DNA of 47,995 nt, taken from contig NC_068997.1 in the NCBI RefSeq assembly GCF_001194135.2, positions 46,754,518 through 46,802,512 on the forward strand, read 5' to 3'. Source of the stretch: Octopus bimaculoides (Eukaryota). How positions within the stretch are numbered: position 1 is the stretch's first letter; each line of letters opens with the position of its first letter. The notes below the pieces were generated by a model that worked only from the letters and a program-made list of their open reading frames with translations, was not told the origin of the DNA and did not search any database. A program made the translations under genes and the position numbers. Of the stretch, positions 22,111 to 34,386 are shown piece after piece.

Positions 22111-22229
22111 TTTCTGTCTATAGCCAAGCCCAGCTGATCCCTGGGTGCAATCGATGGAGTTCATTCCTCTGCAAACATAAAAGCAAGTTCTCTAATTTCA
22201 CGTTAACTTCCTTCCTTCTTTCACATTAG

Positions 22230-22341
22230 CCTTGAAAACCCAGAAAAAGAGCAAAGGATCATGGGAGTTACCATTCCTGCCCCGAGTATACGGAGGAAGG
22301 CAGGCGGAATGAAAAGGCAAAAAAGAAAATCAATGTTTTGA
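22230..22341 (+). CDS. Candidate 3'-terminal coding exon of an unidentified gene
   Basis: Branch-point-like TTAAC, tract TTCCTTCCTTCTTTCACATTAG, then C-CTT...TGA encoding LENPEKEQRIMGVTIPAPSIRRKAGGMKRQKRKSMF*; AATAAA at 22538-22543. No homologue recognised. Confidence 0.3.
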
Positions 22342-22593
22342 GCTCGTTTGCTAAAAATAAGATTAATTATGCAATATGCAAGCATGGATAATGTTTATGA
22401 CTTAATGTTGAATGAGTAAATTGGTAGCAAGACTAATTGTGTTTTAATCATATTATCATGTTTATAGCCATTAGATAGGGTTTCACATACGGAACTACTT
22501 TGGTAAACATGCTGTGCGCTTTTCCATATAGCCAAAGAATAAATTTAGGTTTTAAATATATGAGTGTGTGTGTGTGTGTGTATACATACATAC

Positions 22594-22745
22594 ATCACCA
22601 TCATCATTTCACATCTGTTTTCTACATTGGTATGGTTTGGTAGGACTGTTTGACAGGAGCTGGTGAGCCACAGGGCTGCATAGAGGTCCAGTATCAAGCT
22701 CCAGCAGGATGGTTTCCACGGTTGGATGCCCTTCCTAATACCACC
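22594..22745 (-). mobile_element. Family F/C tail
   Basis: CATCATCATTTCACATCTG...GGTTGGATGCCCTTCCTAATACC. Confidence 0.7.
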
Positions 22746-23294
22746 CACATACATATATGAATGAATTGATAAGGTCCTTAGATTATTCATCATAATCATC
22801 ATCATCGTGTTAATGTCTACTTTTCCATGCTTGTACTGGTCAGGTGTCCATATCATTTGACCAATCCCAGAAAAACAAATAGCCAACCCATTCATATCCA
22901 CCTTATATCTAGTAACTACACAGAACTGGAGCTACAAATTTGCATACTATAAGTGTTTAACACATTAATATCGGAGAAGAGATTTTCCAACGTTGGATGC
23001 ACTCCCTGATGTCAAATGAGGTGATAATCTTTCCGTTTACTGAACAATGAACAACTTTGACCTGTTTACACAGAGAACTCCTTGGTGTCCATTAATTTTA
23101 TTATTCGTTTATTTGAATTGGGTAATATATCCTTGCTCATGGCATAAAATTGGTCAGAGGTAGATCTCAGGATTCCCCTATATTGCCATGTGCAATAGCA
23201 GTCAGGAAACCATAGGTAACTTTCTAACTGATTATATGCCATAACCAAGGATGTACCATGTGACTACATAAAGTTATATATATACAAATAAAAC

Positions 23295-23435
23295 ATCCAC
23301 CAAATCCACTTACAAGGGATTTAGTCGACCTGAGTGTATAGCAGAAGACATTTGTCCAAGGTACCATGCAGTGGGACTGAACCTGGAACCATGTGGTTGG
23401 GAAGCAAACTCTTCTTACCACACAGCCATGCTTGC
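23295..23435 (-). mobile_element. SINE head A
   Basis: CCAAATCCACTTACAAGG...GGGACTGAACCTGGAACCATGTGGTTGGGAAGC. Confidence 0.85.
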
Positions 23436-23904
23436 AGTTTGTTATTCTATTCAATATGAGTTTTCTCATTTAAGTCAACAGGATATAATCTGAGGGAGAT
23501 TTGGCTGTTATTTTGCAGGAACCTAAGAGGCCACACATAGAGGACAGAGGTCTCCCTCATTGTCTCACAGTTAATTGTAGTTTGATTATGCTGCGATGGT
23601 GTATGGATGGTATAGAAAGGCTTGACAGTCATGGTATGCTTAATAGAATACAACGATAGCCAAAGTATGTTTTACAGAAAGCAGTGAGGCATCATCATCA
23701 CCATCATCTCCAGCATCACCACCACCAGTTTTACTTATTTTATATAATAATAGTAAAATATGAGTAATGGTCATCAATATATATGTATATACATATTAAA
23801 TAAATGTAATATTTGGCTATGTTTCATTATCGAGGTGTGCCAAGATCTTTTGTATGTAATTGTTGTTGTTGCTGCAGTGGTGGTGTTGGGGTTGGTGGTC
23901 ATTG

Positions 23905-24115
23905 CGGTTGTTGTTGTTGTTGAGCCCCATGTTGATCCTGATGTGGTAGGTCCTATGATCAAAGACAACCCAACCACGACCATCCCAACATTTTGGGTGT
24001 CGTTGTCTAATGTATGCTTTTTTCTTTTTAAAGATACAGCAAACAGATAGTAATCTGATATTTGGCTGCTATTTCTAACAGGCCAAGTAATGGGGGTAGA
24101 AGCTCCTTTGTAGAT
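23905..24115 (-). mobile_element. Family H retroposon
   Basis: TTGTTGTTGAGCCCCATG...CCTATGATCAAAG...GACCATCCC...ATTTGGCTGCTATTTCTA. Confidence 0.7.
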
Positions 24116-24119
24116 TCAT

Positions 24120-25350
24120 TGTTGTTGTTGTCGTTGTTGCTGTTGTTGTGATAAGTGATTGTTGCGGATACTGTAGTGACAAAGGCTGTTGTGTTGGTGA
24201 TAGTAAATGATGGGATTGCTGTTTGGGTAGTTGTAGGTAGTGGTGGTGAAAGTGGTGGTGATGCTGGTGGTGGTGATGCTGGTGGTGGTGGTGGGAGGTG
24301 GTGATGGTAATGGTGGTGGTGATGGTGGCAGTTGTAGTAGAGGAGGTGATGGTGGTGGTGTTGGTGATGGTGGTGGTGTTGGTGATGGTGTTGGTGATGG
24401 TGGTGGTGGTGGTGATGGTGGTGGTGGAAGTGGTGGTAGCAGTGGTGGTGAAGGTGAAAGTGGTAGTGATGATGGTGGTGGCGGGAGGTGGTGATGGTGG
24501 TGTTGGTGATGGTGGTGGTGGTGATGCTGGTGGTAGTGATGGTGGTGGCGGTGGTGATGATGGCATTGATGGTGGTGGTGTTGGTATAGGTAGTGGTACT
24601 GGTTGCAGTCATTTCAATATGTCTAGCTTCTTTTGTTCTATATTATTGAGCTGATAATGTTGTGGCACGGTGTGGCAGGGGTCAGTTAAAGCTTATTGTT
24701 GCAGTGGTGGCTACAGCAATAAAGAGATGTTCTTGCTACTGTTGTTGTATAACCCCAGGTCAGTCCTGTTCCATCAGTCCTATGGCAAGTGGGTAGCCTC
24801 AGCCAAACAACAAAATGACATCCATCGAGTTGTTTGTTCTGGTTAGAATACCAAAATCTGCCTAGTTTAGGACCAAACTGAACACTCTCTGACCTGCAGG
24901 GTTTTAAGTCTTTAGGGTCCAGAATCCCAGAGACATGTTGCACTCTCTCTACTATTATGGTGGTGGTGGTAGTGGTACTGGTGGTAGTAGTAGTATAGAA
25001 GTAGTGGTGGTGGCAGTTGTAGTAGTAGTGGTGGTGGTTGAAGTAGTAGTGGTGGTTGTAGTAGTAGTGGTGGTGGTGGTTGTAGTAGTAGTGGTAGCGG
25101 CAGTAGTAGTAGTATAGAAGTAGTGGTGATGATGGTGGTGGCAGTTGTAGTAGTAGTGGTGGTGGTTGAAGTAGTAGTGGTGGTGGTTGTAGTAGTGGTG
25201 GTGGCAGTAGTAGTAGTAGTAGTAGTAGTATAGAAGTAGTGATGGTGATGGTGGTAGCAGTTGTAGTAGTAGTGGTGATGGTTGAAGTAGTAGTGGTAAT
25301 TGTTGTAGTAGTGGTGGTGGTTGAAGTAGTAGTGGTGGCAGTAGTAGTTT
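24120..25350. repeat. (GGT/GAT)n tract and (AGT/GGT)n tract with ~118-bp higher-order period
   Basis: TATAGAAGTAGTG recurs at ~24994, ~25112 and ~25229. The interval 24600-24935 is non-repetitive apart from an H-tail remnant at ~24735-24830. Confidence 0.85.
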
Positions 25351-25799
25351 AGCTATTGGCTAGTTTTGAATGAGCCAATTAAAAAATTTTTTTTTTTTTT
25401 TTAAGTTGGAGGGATGTGTCCCTAATCTGATTACAAGGCCTCCAAGACTAATGAAAAGGATCAAGGGATTGAAGGAGAGAAGGAAGGGACCCTCAAATCT
25501 GAACCCTCTTCTGAACATGCTGTTCCAGGGTTTTGGAAGCCTTGCTCTGGGGAGTGTTACAGTAATGTCCCAAGAAGTGCTGTAACAGTTTTTTCGTGGG
25601 ATGCGACAAGTGCTCTGGGGAGTTCAAAATAACACCCTGAAGAATATCGTAGTAGAGCCCCTAGGGGTGGATGCTGCAGTAATACTCTATGGACGATGTA
25701 ACAGTGCTCTGGGGGTGGTTAGTGGTGCCCTGGGTAGTTTGTAGTAATATTTTGGGAGTAGTATCAGCTTCAATGCTGTTCAAGTGATGGCAAAGTTGG

Positions 25800-26015
25800 T
25801 TGGTTTTTGTTTAGCTGAAAATCAGCCCTGATTTAGTAGACCTATGGTCAGAGGCATTCCAGCTGTGACCACCCTGTCTGTAATTTGAGCTATATAAAAA
25901 CAATTTATTCCAATGTATCCTTCATTTCTTTTTTAAAGACAATCATATATGATTTGAGGGAGGTATGGATGTTATTTTTAGCCAGTCAAGTAGAGGCTCC
26001 CTTACTGGCTCAATG
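25800..26015 (-). mobile_element. Family H retroposon
   Basis: TTTAGCTG...GACCTATGGTCAGAGGCATTCCAGCTGTGACCACCCTG...GATTTGAGGGAG. Confidence 0.7.
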
Positions 26016-26377
26016 GTAAGGAAATGTGTTGAGAGAGGTAGTGGTGGTGATGGTAGTGTTGGTGGTGGTGATAGTGGTGTTGATGCTGGTAGAAGTAGCA
26101 GTGGTGGTGTGGTGGAGGTGGTGGTATTGGTGTTGATGTAGATGAGGTGGTGGTGGTGGCAGTGGTGGTTAAGACAATTGCAACTCTGGTGATGATGGTG
26201 ATAACATTATAAGTTAAGGCTGTCTTGGCGGTAGTGACAGCGGTACTTGGTGTTCATGATACAGTTTGTTTCATCTCTGTGTACTTATCAATGAATATTG
26301 ATTCCAATAATTAGATTATTCATATAGATCTCTCACACTTTCTCCCTCTCTTTACTTCTCTTTTCATTATTTTTAAA

Positions 26378-26435
<58 letters not shown>

Positions 26436-26750
26436 AATATTATATTTCAATGAACTTCATATAAATGAACATACACATATATATATATGTATGTATATTC
26501 ACAAGCATAAACACACACATGTATATATGTGGTACATATATGTATGTGCATGTATGTGTGTATATACACACACATACCATTAAGGATCTAAGTAAATTAA
26601 ATATTTCTCCCCAACCCTCCCCTCCTTGCTCGTTCACTCCTCCACCCCATCTCTCTCTCTCTTCCTAACACCACCACCACTGCTATTACTACGATGTTAC
26701 ATCTTATATTAAATTTTCTCACATGCTTCCTAAAATATTACAAATATATT

Positions 26751-26806
<56 letters not shown>

Positions 26807-26813
26807 CATACAT

Positions 26814-26858
<45 letters not shown>

Positions 26859-27294
26859 CATATACATATACATATATATATATACATATACATATATATA
26901 TATACATATATCATCAGGTTTTCATTAAAAGTTTCGGCTATTTATGTCTTTATCGAATGGGACACCTAACATTACTCTCTTTACTTCTCGCTCTCTTTCT
27001 CTCTCCCCTATAAAGCCAGTATTTCCACCCCCTTATCGATCAAAATCCCTGCCTGATATCATTCATCCAGTTAACCTCATCCCCCCCCATTTTCACAAGC
27101 AATAACTCCCATCAAACTTTCCTTTCTATCATCAAATTTTCACTCCTTTTTCATCTTTTCCCTTGTTTTTTTTTTTACATTTTTTATTACTGATATTCCC
27201 CTGCTTTTATTTGCTTTTTCTTCAGTTATATATATCTTCTGTTCATTTTTTTTTTAAAAAGAAAATTTTGGTTTTTCACAGTACTAATATATTA

Positions 27295-27495
27295 TGATAT
27301 GATCTATCTACTTATCTATCTATCTATCTACTTATTTATCTATCTATCTACTTATTTATCTATCTATCTACTTATTTATCTATCTATCTACTTATTTATC
27401 TATCTATCTACTTATTTATCTATCTACTTATCTATCTATCTACTTATCTATCTATCTACTTATCTATCTATCTACTTATCTATCTATCTATCTAC
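27295..27495. repeat. (TATC)n microsatellite with ~20-bp variant units
   Basis: TATCTATCTACTTATTTATC repeats. Confidence 0.95.
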
Positions 27496-27616
27496 ATCCA
27501 TTGGAATTTATATGTACATGTGATTGTAGTTCTTTTATGTATGTTTGAAATNNNNNNNNNNNNNNNNNNNNNNNNNNNNNNNNNNNNNNNNNNNNNNNNN
27601 NNNNNNNNNNNNNNNN

Positions 27617-27651
<35 letters not shown>

Positions 27652-28719
27652 TACATAGATAGATAGATAGACAGAAAGACAAACAAAATAGACAGATATA
27701 GATATAAATGAAGAATAAACAGACACATGTATACATACTCATAAACACAATAAAGCACACGCACACAGACACACACACACATGTGCCTGTGTACGTGTGT
27801 ATTCTTTGTTTTCATAGATATTAGTACAAATATTTGTATAAGAAAGTGTGGGTTGGTAGGTAAGCAGTTGCGATTTATATGTCTACGAATGTGTGAATGT
27901 GTTGTTCCTATACAGTGTGTTTATGTAGATAGACCAATAAGACGGTCGCCAATCCAAGCACACATATGCATGCACACACATACAGAAATATATATACACA
28001 TCCTAGTTCACCATGCAATATATATAATATATATACATATATACACCCACTCAACAAAAGTTACTTAGCTGACTTTTGTTTAAATCATTCAACTTATGTA
28101 GGCACAAAATATGTTTTATTTTTCCTGTATAAGCCAAAGTCCCTTGGTTATAAGAGATGAGGTTGGATGGCAAATGTTGTGTTTCATGATGGCTATTGAA
28201 TCAGAAGCACGTCCAGGACTGTCCTCTTGTTTCCAGACAATAAAACTGCCCTTTTCCTTAATGGCATATCAACTTTGGATAATTCTTGATTCTTTGTATT
28301 TGTCCATTCACCCACCTGTCTGTCTGTCTATCTATTTATTTATCTAGCTAGCTAAATAGGTGTATGCATGGATAGATAGAAAGATGGATAGATTCAAACC
28401 GATGGACAGACAGGTGGACAGACAGACAGATCATCTGACAGATAGAAGGACAATCAAGCAGATAAACAATCAGACAGACAGACAGACAGATGGGCATGTG
28501 CAGGCACACAAGCAGAGGTACAGCTGTATAGCTACAGAGTTTGCTTCATCATTACGTAGATCTTGGTTCATTCCCAACGTATGGTACACTAAACGAGGGC
28601 CATCTAATAAAGTCCTGGCATTGAAGTATATCTAGTGAGCAAAAGTTATCCTGTCAACGATATCAATTCATAATTTTGATTGCAGTGGGGTATACGTCTC
28701 TTAGGTACATGAGGACCTA

Positions 28720-28723
<4 letters not shown>

Positions 28724-28757
<34 letters not shown>

Positions 28758-28955
28758 TGTGTTTGTCCCCCCAACATCACTTGACAACTGATGCTGGTGT
28801 GTTTACGTCCCCATAGCTTAGCGGTTCAGCAAAAGACACCGAGTGAATAAGTACTAGGCTTTGAAAGAATAAGTACTGGGGTCAATTCGCTCGACTAAAG
28901 GCGGTGCCCCAGCTTGGCTGTAGTCAAATGACTGAAATAAGTAAAAGAGTAAGAG
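28724..28955 (+). mobile_element. (TG)n + SINE tail B without an adjacent head
   Basis: TGTTTGTCCCCCCAACATCACTTGACAAC...GGCGGTGCCCCAGC...GAAATAAGTAAAAGAGTAAGAG. Confidence 0.88.
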
Positions 28956-29144
28956 TATATATATATATATATTAGAATTTGTTTTGTATGATTCCTAATA
29001 ATGTTTAATTATAAGAAAGCAGTAGGATGTTTTTCTACACTTCGAATGGCTACAGAGGATCCAGTAGATAAGATAGGAATTGAAGGGGTTTCATAGGCTA
29101 AAAATGGTTGAGGATTAGGGGTTTATAACTATCTCATGACATCA

Positions 29145-29449
29145 CAGTGAATGAAGGAGATAGATAAAAGAAATGAGAGGGGAGAGGAGGGGCTGGACAG
29201 ATAGAAGGAGGTGAGAGTAGGGAGAGGTAGAGAGGTGAAGGGAAGGGTAAGGGGGTGGAGAGAGGGATAGAGGTGGAGGGTAGATGGGAGAAAGGAGATA
29301 GAAAGGAGAGGGGGAAAGAGGCAGGAGAGAGAAAGAGGGAGAGAGTAAAAAGAGGGGGAGAGGGTGGGCAGATGAGAGGGGGGAGAGTGCAGGAGGGGCA
29401 GGGAGAGGTGGGTGGGAGAGAGAGAAATGGTGGATAGGAGAGATAAGGG
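29145..29449. repeat. GA-rich purine tract
   Basis: Strongly strand-biased G/A composition running into a gap. Confidence 0.9.
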
Positions 29450-29908
29450 NNNNNNNNNNNNNNNNNNNNNNNNNNNNNNNNNNNNNNNNNNNNNNNNNNN
29501 NNNNNNNNNNNNNNNNNNNNNNNNNNNNNNNNNNNNNNNNNNGGGTGGGGAAGAGAGGAGTGAACGGAGGTAGACCAGAACAGACCAGTGCAAGTTTGGG
29601 TATAAAGCACTTTGCACACACGCACCACCACCACCACCATCAGCTTTCTGAGTCTGTCTATGTGTCTATATGTCACTTGAGACAAACGACAGATGAGCAA
29701 TTAGTGTGTTTATTGAGGCAAGGAATTGAACCAGCTAACGCTTGGTAGAATTGCTTTTGCTATCAATGTTTCATTTACACTCACAGACCACACACACACA
29801 CACACAAATATATACATATACACATTAACATTGTACATATATATATATTTACAAATTGATAACATACACATAGACACGCATGCACTGATACACACAGAAC
29901 ATATAAAT

Positions 29909-29954
<46 letters not shown>

Positions 29955-30710
29955 TTGTAACAAAGTATGTGTGTCTGTAACAATGTATGTGTGTGTTTGT
30001 AATAATGTATATGTGTGTGTGTGTGTGTACATGTCTGTAACAATGTATGTGTGTACATGGTTGTAATAATGTGTATGTGTGTACCTGTTTGTAATAATGT
30101 GTGTGTGTACGTGTTTGTGATATTGTGTGCGTGTGTGGACGTGTTTGTAATAATGTGTGTGTGTGTAAATGTGCGGGCATCAATTTGTCAGTATGTGTGT
30201 ATGTTCTTAGCATGTGTGTGTCGTGATGTTAGTGCAAGAATGTATGTGTATGTGTGGTGTCTGTGCAAATATGTATGTGTGTGTGCATTAATTTGACAAT
30301 ATGTTCGTGTATGGTGATTAATGTATGTGTGTGTATGTGTATGGCCTTAGTGCAAGTATGTATGTGTAATGTTAATGTTAGGTGCCACGTATATGTGGGT
30401 GTGCATCTGTAACATTTGTATACATCTGTTAGTGTATTAATGTGTGTGTATAGTATATATGTATGTGTGTGTATGTGTAGTATATACGTATATATATATA
30501 TATATGAATGTGTGTGTATAGTATATATATGTATATATCAATGTGTGTGTGTGTACAATATATTTGTATATATAAATATGTGTATGTAAGAGAAAATGGC
30601 TACTACTGTCCACTCTGAACACATCCGACTGACCATGCTGGCATAAATTGGCTGTACCAGATTTTAATGAGGCAATTTTCCACTGTAAACACATGCGCGC
30701 ACACGCACAT

Positions 30711-30747
<37 letters not shown>

Positions 30748-30769
30748 CTCATTTATTCACTCAAGCAGC

Positions 30770-30998
30770 TTGGACCAACAAAGGAAGCCTCTACATGGTC
30801 GACTGATCTGCTAGAAAAATCAGCCAAATCTCCCTCATATCATATCCTATTGCCTTCACATAGGTCATGTGGTCAGTTCATGTGGTCCTGGAATCTCTTC
30901 AGAAAAGAAGAGCAATGGGATGGTCAAGGATGGAATGCCTTTGATCATGTCACAAGTCTACTCAATCAGGGTTGACCTGGGGTTATAGAACAACAACC
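30770..30998 (+). mobile_element. Family H retroposon
   Basis: CTGCTAGAAAAATCAGCCAAATCTCCCTCA...GGAATGCCTTTGATCA...GTTGACCTGGGG...AACAACAACC. Confidence 0.75.
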
Positions 30999-32215
30999 TA
31001 GATTAACTCATATAGCATTGCACATCAACCTACACATACATGCAAATACTCACAGGCATAAAGATATACACACATATATATACACAAAATAACACACACA
31101 CATAGACGCATGCATGCATGCATACATGCACTCACACACAGACTTAAATATGAAGAGAACTGACCAAGTGTCTTGTCCTCCTGATTGAAACATTGATAAA
31201 GTATAAAGAATAGAAATGCTACATTGAAAATCAGAACAATACCATCATCATCATCATCATCATCAACCTCATCATCATCATCATGATCATCATCATCACT
31301 ACCAGCACCACTACCAACCTTATCACCACCACCATCATCACCACCACCGTAATCCCATTATCCCCCTCACCATCCTCATCAGTATCATCATCGTCACTGA
31401 CCACACCATTGTCCATCATTATCAACATCATTATCAACATTATTGTTGTTATCAGTAATTGGCTGGACATCATCAATGTCGACCAACCAGTATAAATATT
31501 CATAGTTTCTATTTACATGTTCGCCAGAGGGAGGAGGGTCAGTGCCTTTGACCTTCAGAGGTCACACTTTCAAAGTGGCAAAATGAAAAGCTACAGGACA
31601 AAAAAAAAAAGAGGGGGTGGAACAGAGGGATACATAAGTGTGCGGTTAAGAAGCCTGCCTTATAACTACATGAAGCAAACTTCTTCAAGGGTTCAACTCC
31701 ACTGTGCAGTACCCTGGTTAAAAGCCTACTAGAACACCAAACTGGCCAATACCATGCGAGTGAATTTAGTAGGAGTTAATGCTGGATTCTGCTTATTAAT
31801 TAAATTTGATATAATTAAATCTGATATATTTGCATCATTGTTAGATAATTTACATATATGGTGTGTTTCTATGTATGTATTTATGTATTTGGCTATGTCT
31901 ACCATACGCTCTCACAGAACCAGACTATAGCCAAGTTCAACAGGATTTTCTTTCCTCACTGTTCTGTCCAAGCCTGGTTATATTTGACTTTAACCCATTG
32001 CCTCCCATAATTCTATTAACTGGAATGATCAAAATAACATTTTAAATAGAAATAAGCAAGATATTGGGTGAAAAATTAGCAAACCTCATTTGAATATGAG
32101 AGAAATATACCTAGTAGATATAGCAAAAAGGTTAGATATGTGTAAATATTGATAGATAATTACGAAATTTGTAATTTTTAAGTGATCTCATACGAGATCA
32201 CTGGTAGGTAATGGG

Positions 32216-32656
32216 TTAAGGTGGGGAGCAACCAGAATCATTAGCATGCCGGACAAAATGCTTAGCTGCATTTCATGTCTTTACATCCCGAGTTCAAATT
32301 CCACCGAGGCCTACTTTGCCTTTCATCCTTTTGGGGTCAATAGATTAAATACCAGTGAAACACTTGGGTTGATGTAATTAACTAGTTCCCTCCCCACAAA
32401 TTTGAGACCTTGTGCCTCCAGTAGAAATTATTATTATTATTATTATTATTAAGGTGGGGAGTTACTGGAATCGTTAACATGTCAGACAAAATGCTGCTAA
32501 GCATTGCCCACCTTTACGTTCTGAGTTCAAATTCCGTCGAGGTCAACTTTGCCTTTCATCCTTTAGGGATTGATAAAGTAAGGACCAGTTGAGTATTGGG
32601 GGCTGATGTAATTGTCTTAAACCCACCCTGAAAATGCTGGCCTAGTGCCAAGATTT
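32216..32656 (+). mobile_element. Two head-to-tail family D SINEs joined by (ATT)n
   Basis: 32216-32430 and 32449-32656 each contain GAGTTCAAATTCC...ACTTTGCCTTTCATCCTTT. Confidence 0.88.
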
Positions 32657-33233
32657 TTGCTGACCTGCTAAGTTACAGGGACATAAGTCAACATTTGTGT
32701 GACTGGGATGCCCAAAGACCACACCATCATTGTCCATCATTATCAACATCGTTAGCAATATTGTTATTACCTATACAATCATCCATCCAGTGTTTTAAAT
32801 CCGGGTTCTGTCCCTGTTAATGGGGGTGGCTGGATCTACCTCAATGCCATAGCAACCGAGGTAGGCAGGTGCCCATTCTCCTTTGCTATCATGAGGCATT
32901 TTGGAGCTGGATTTTCTATGGGAAGCATGCCCTTGCTTACCCCCAACCTCAGTTTCTAGACATGAGTGGTTCCTGAGACCAAGGCCTCTACCATGATTTT
33001 AAAGAAATGTGGTGGAAAACTAGCTCAAGAGGGCTGGGATGCTACTCTCCGAGACCCCTTTCAGACCTCCCCCCCATCTGGAAAAGTGGTGTGAAAATAT
33101 GTCGACATAGGAGAAACATTAACTTGTTTGGAAACAGGTGAGAGCTGGTAACAGGAAAGATATCTAACCATTCTTCTACTCTTTTACATGTTTCAGTCAT
33201 TTTGACTGCGGCCATGCTGGAGCACTACCTTAA

Positions 33234-34137
33234 CCCTTTCGTTACTAACCCGAGCGTACCTGGCCGAGCGTACCCATTGTTATTTAAATGTATATTTGAA
33301 CCCAAATCTCGTTAGTACATTCGTTAAAACACCTGATTTCACTTTGCAAACAATTGAGTTATTGTCTCCGACATTGTTTGGCGTGATATTTGAACTCAGT
33401 GAATTTTAGAAGATTTTTTTCCACATTTTTTGTGACGTTAATTTTTTTCAACTTTGAAGATGGAGATGAGTTTCATGCTATCAAGCAGTGATTCCGAATT
33501 TGAAGGTTTTTCAACAGAAGATATGGAGATATCGAAGAAAAGAATGAATGAGCTACANNNNNNNNNNNNNNNNNNNNNNNNNNNNNNNNNNNNNNNNNNN
33601 NNNNNNNNNNNNNNNNNNNNNNNNNNNNNNNNNNNNNNNNNNNNNNNNNNNNNNNNNNNNNNNNNNNNNNNNNNNNNNNNNNNNNNNNNNNNNNNNNNNN
33701 NNNNNNNNNNNNNNNNNNNNNNNNNNNNNNNNNNNNNNNNNNNNNNNNNNNNNNNNNNNNNNNNNNNNNNNNNNNNNNNNNNNNNNNNNNNNNNNNNNNN
33801 NNNNNNNNNNNNNNNNNNNNNNNNNNNNNNNNNNNNNNNNNNNNNNNNNNNNNNNNNNNNNNNNNNNNNNNNNNNNNNNNNNNNNNNNNNNNNNNNNNNN
33901 NNNNNNNNNNNNNNNNNNNNNNNNNNNNNNNNNNNNNNNNNNNNNNNNNNNNNNNNNNNNNNNNNNNNNNNNNNNNNNNNNNNNNNNNNNNNNNNNTTCC
34001 AAATATCACATTAATATGTTGATAAATGAAAAAAGTTACAGGTGTTTAATGAGACTAGTCTAAATTCATGATTATTTTAGAATTTAATTGAAACTCATGA
34101 GGGGTGTATTTTGGTCAGAAATATAGTAACGAAAGAG
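33234..34137 (+). mobile_element. piggyBac-type DNA transposon (TTAA TSD), interior mostly gap
   Basis: TTAA 33230-33233 and 34138-34141; TIR CCCTTTCGTTACTA versus TAGTAACGAAAGAG (13/14); subterminal direct repeat CCGAGCGTACC at 33250 and 33264. Confidence 0.9.
33460..33557 (+). CDS. Possible transposase N-terminus (acidic leader), runs into gap
   Basis: MEMSFMLSSSDSEFEGFSTEDMEISKKRMNEL; Ser/Asp/Glu-rich leaders are typical of piggyBac/PGBD proteins. No catalytic domain is visible. Confidence 0.4.
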
Positions 34138-34345
34138 TTAAAGGGTTTTAGTCGAAGAAATTAGCCCCAGGACTTATTCTTTGTAAGCCTAGTACATATT
34201 CCATCGGTCTGTTTTGCCAAATGGCTAAGTTACAGGGACATAAACACACCACCATTGATTGTTAAGTGATGGTAGTGGTGGTGGGGCAAATAGATATAAA
34301 GACACCCCCCCCCCCCNNNNNNNNNNNNNNNNNNNNNNCACACAC

Positions 34346-34386
<41 letters not shown>

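Noticed and set aside
22255-22290. Minus-strand resemblance to the U1 snRNA 5' end (ATACT...GGCAGG...CCATGATC)
   Set aside because: It lacks ACTTACCTG, the downstream stems and the Sm site; chance similarity.
28592-28723. Mariner-like CGAGGG terminus (28594) and 9-bp hairpin CTCTTAGGT/ACCTAAGAG (28698-28723)
   Set aside because: There is no partner TIR or TA TSD, and a single 9-bp stem is within chance expectation.
29595-29650. TATAAA box with a downstream Inr-like TCAG
   Set aside because: The spacing is too long (~39 nt), there is no downstream exon, and such motifs are frequent in AT-rich DNA.
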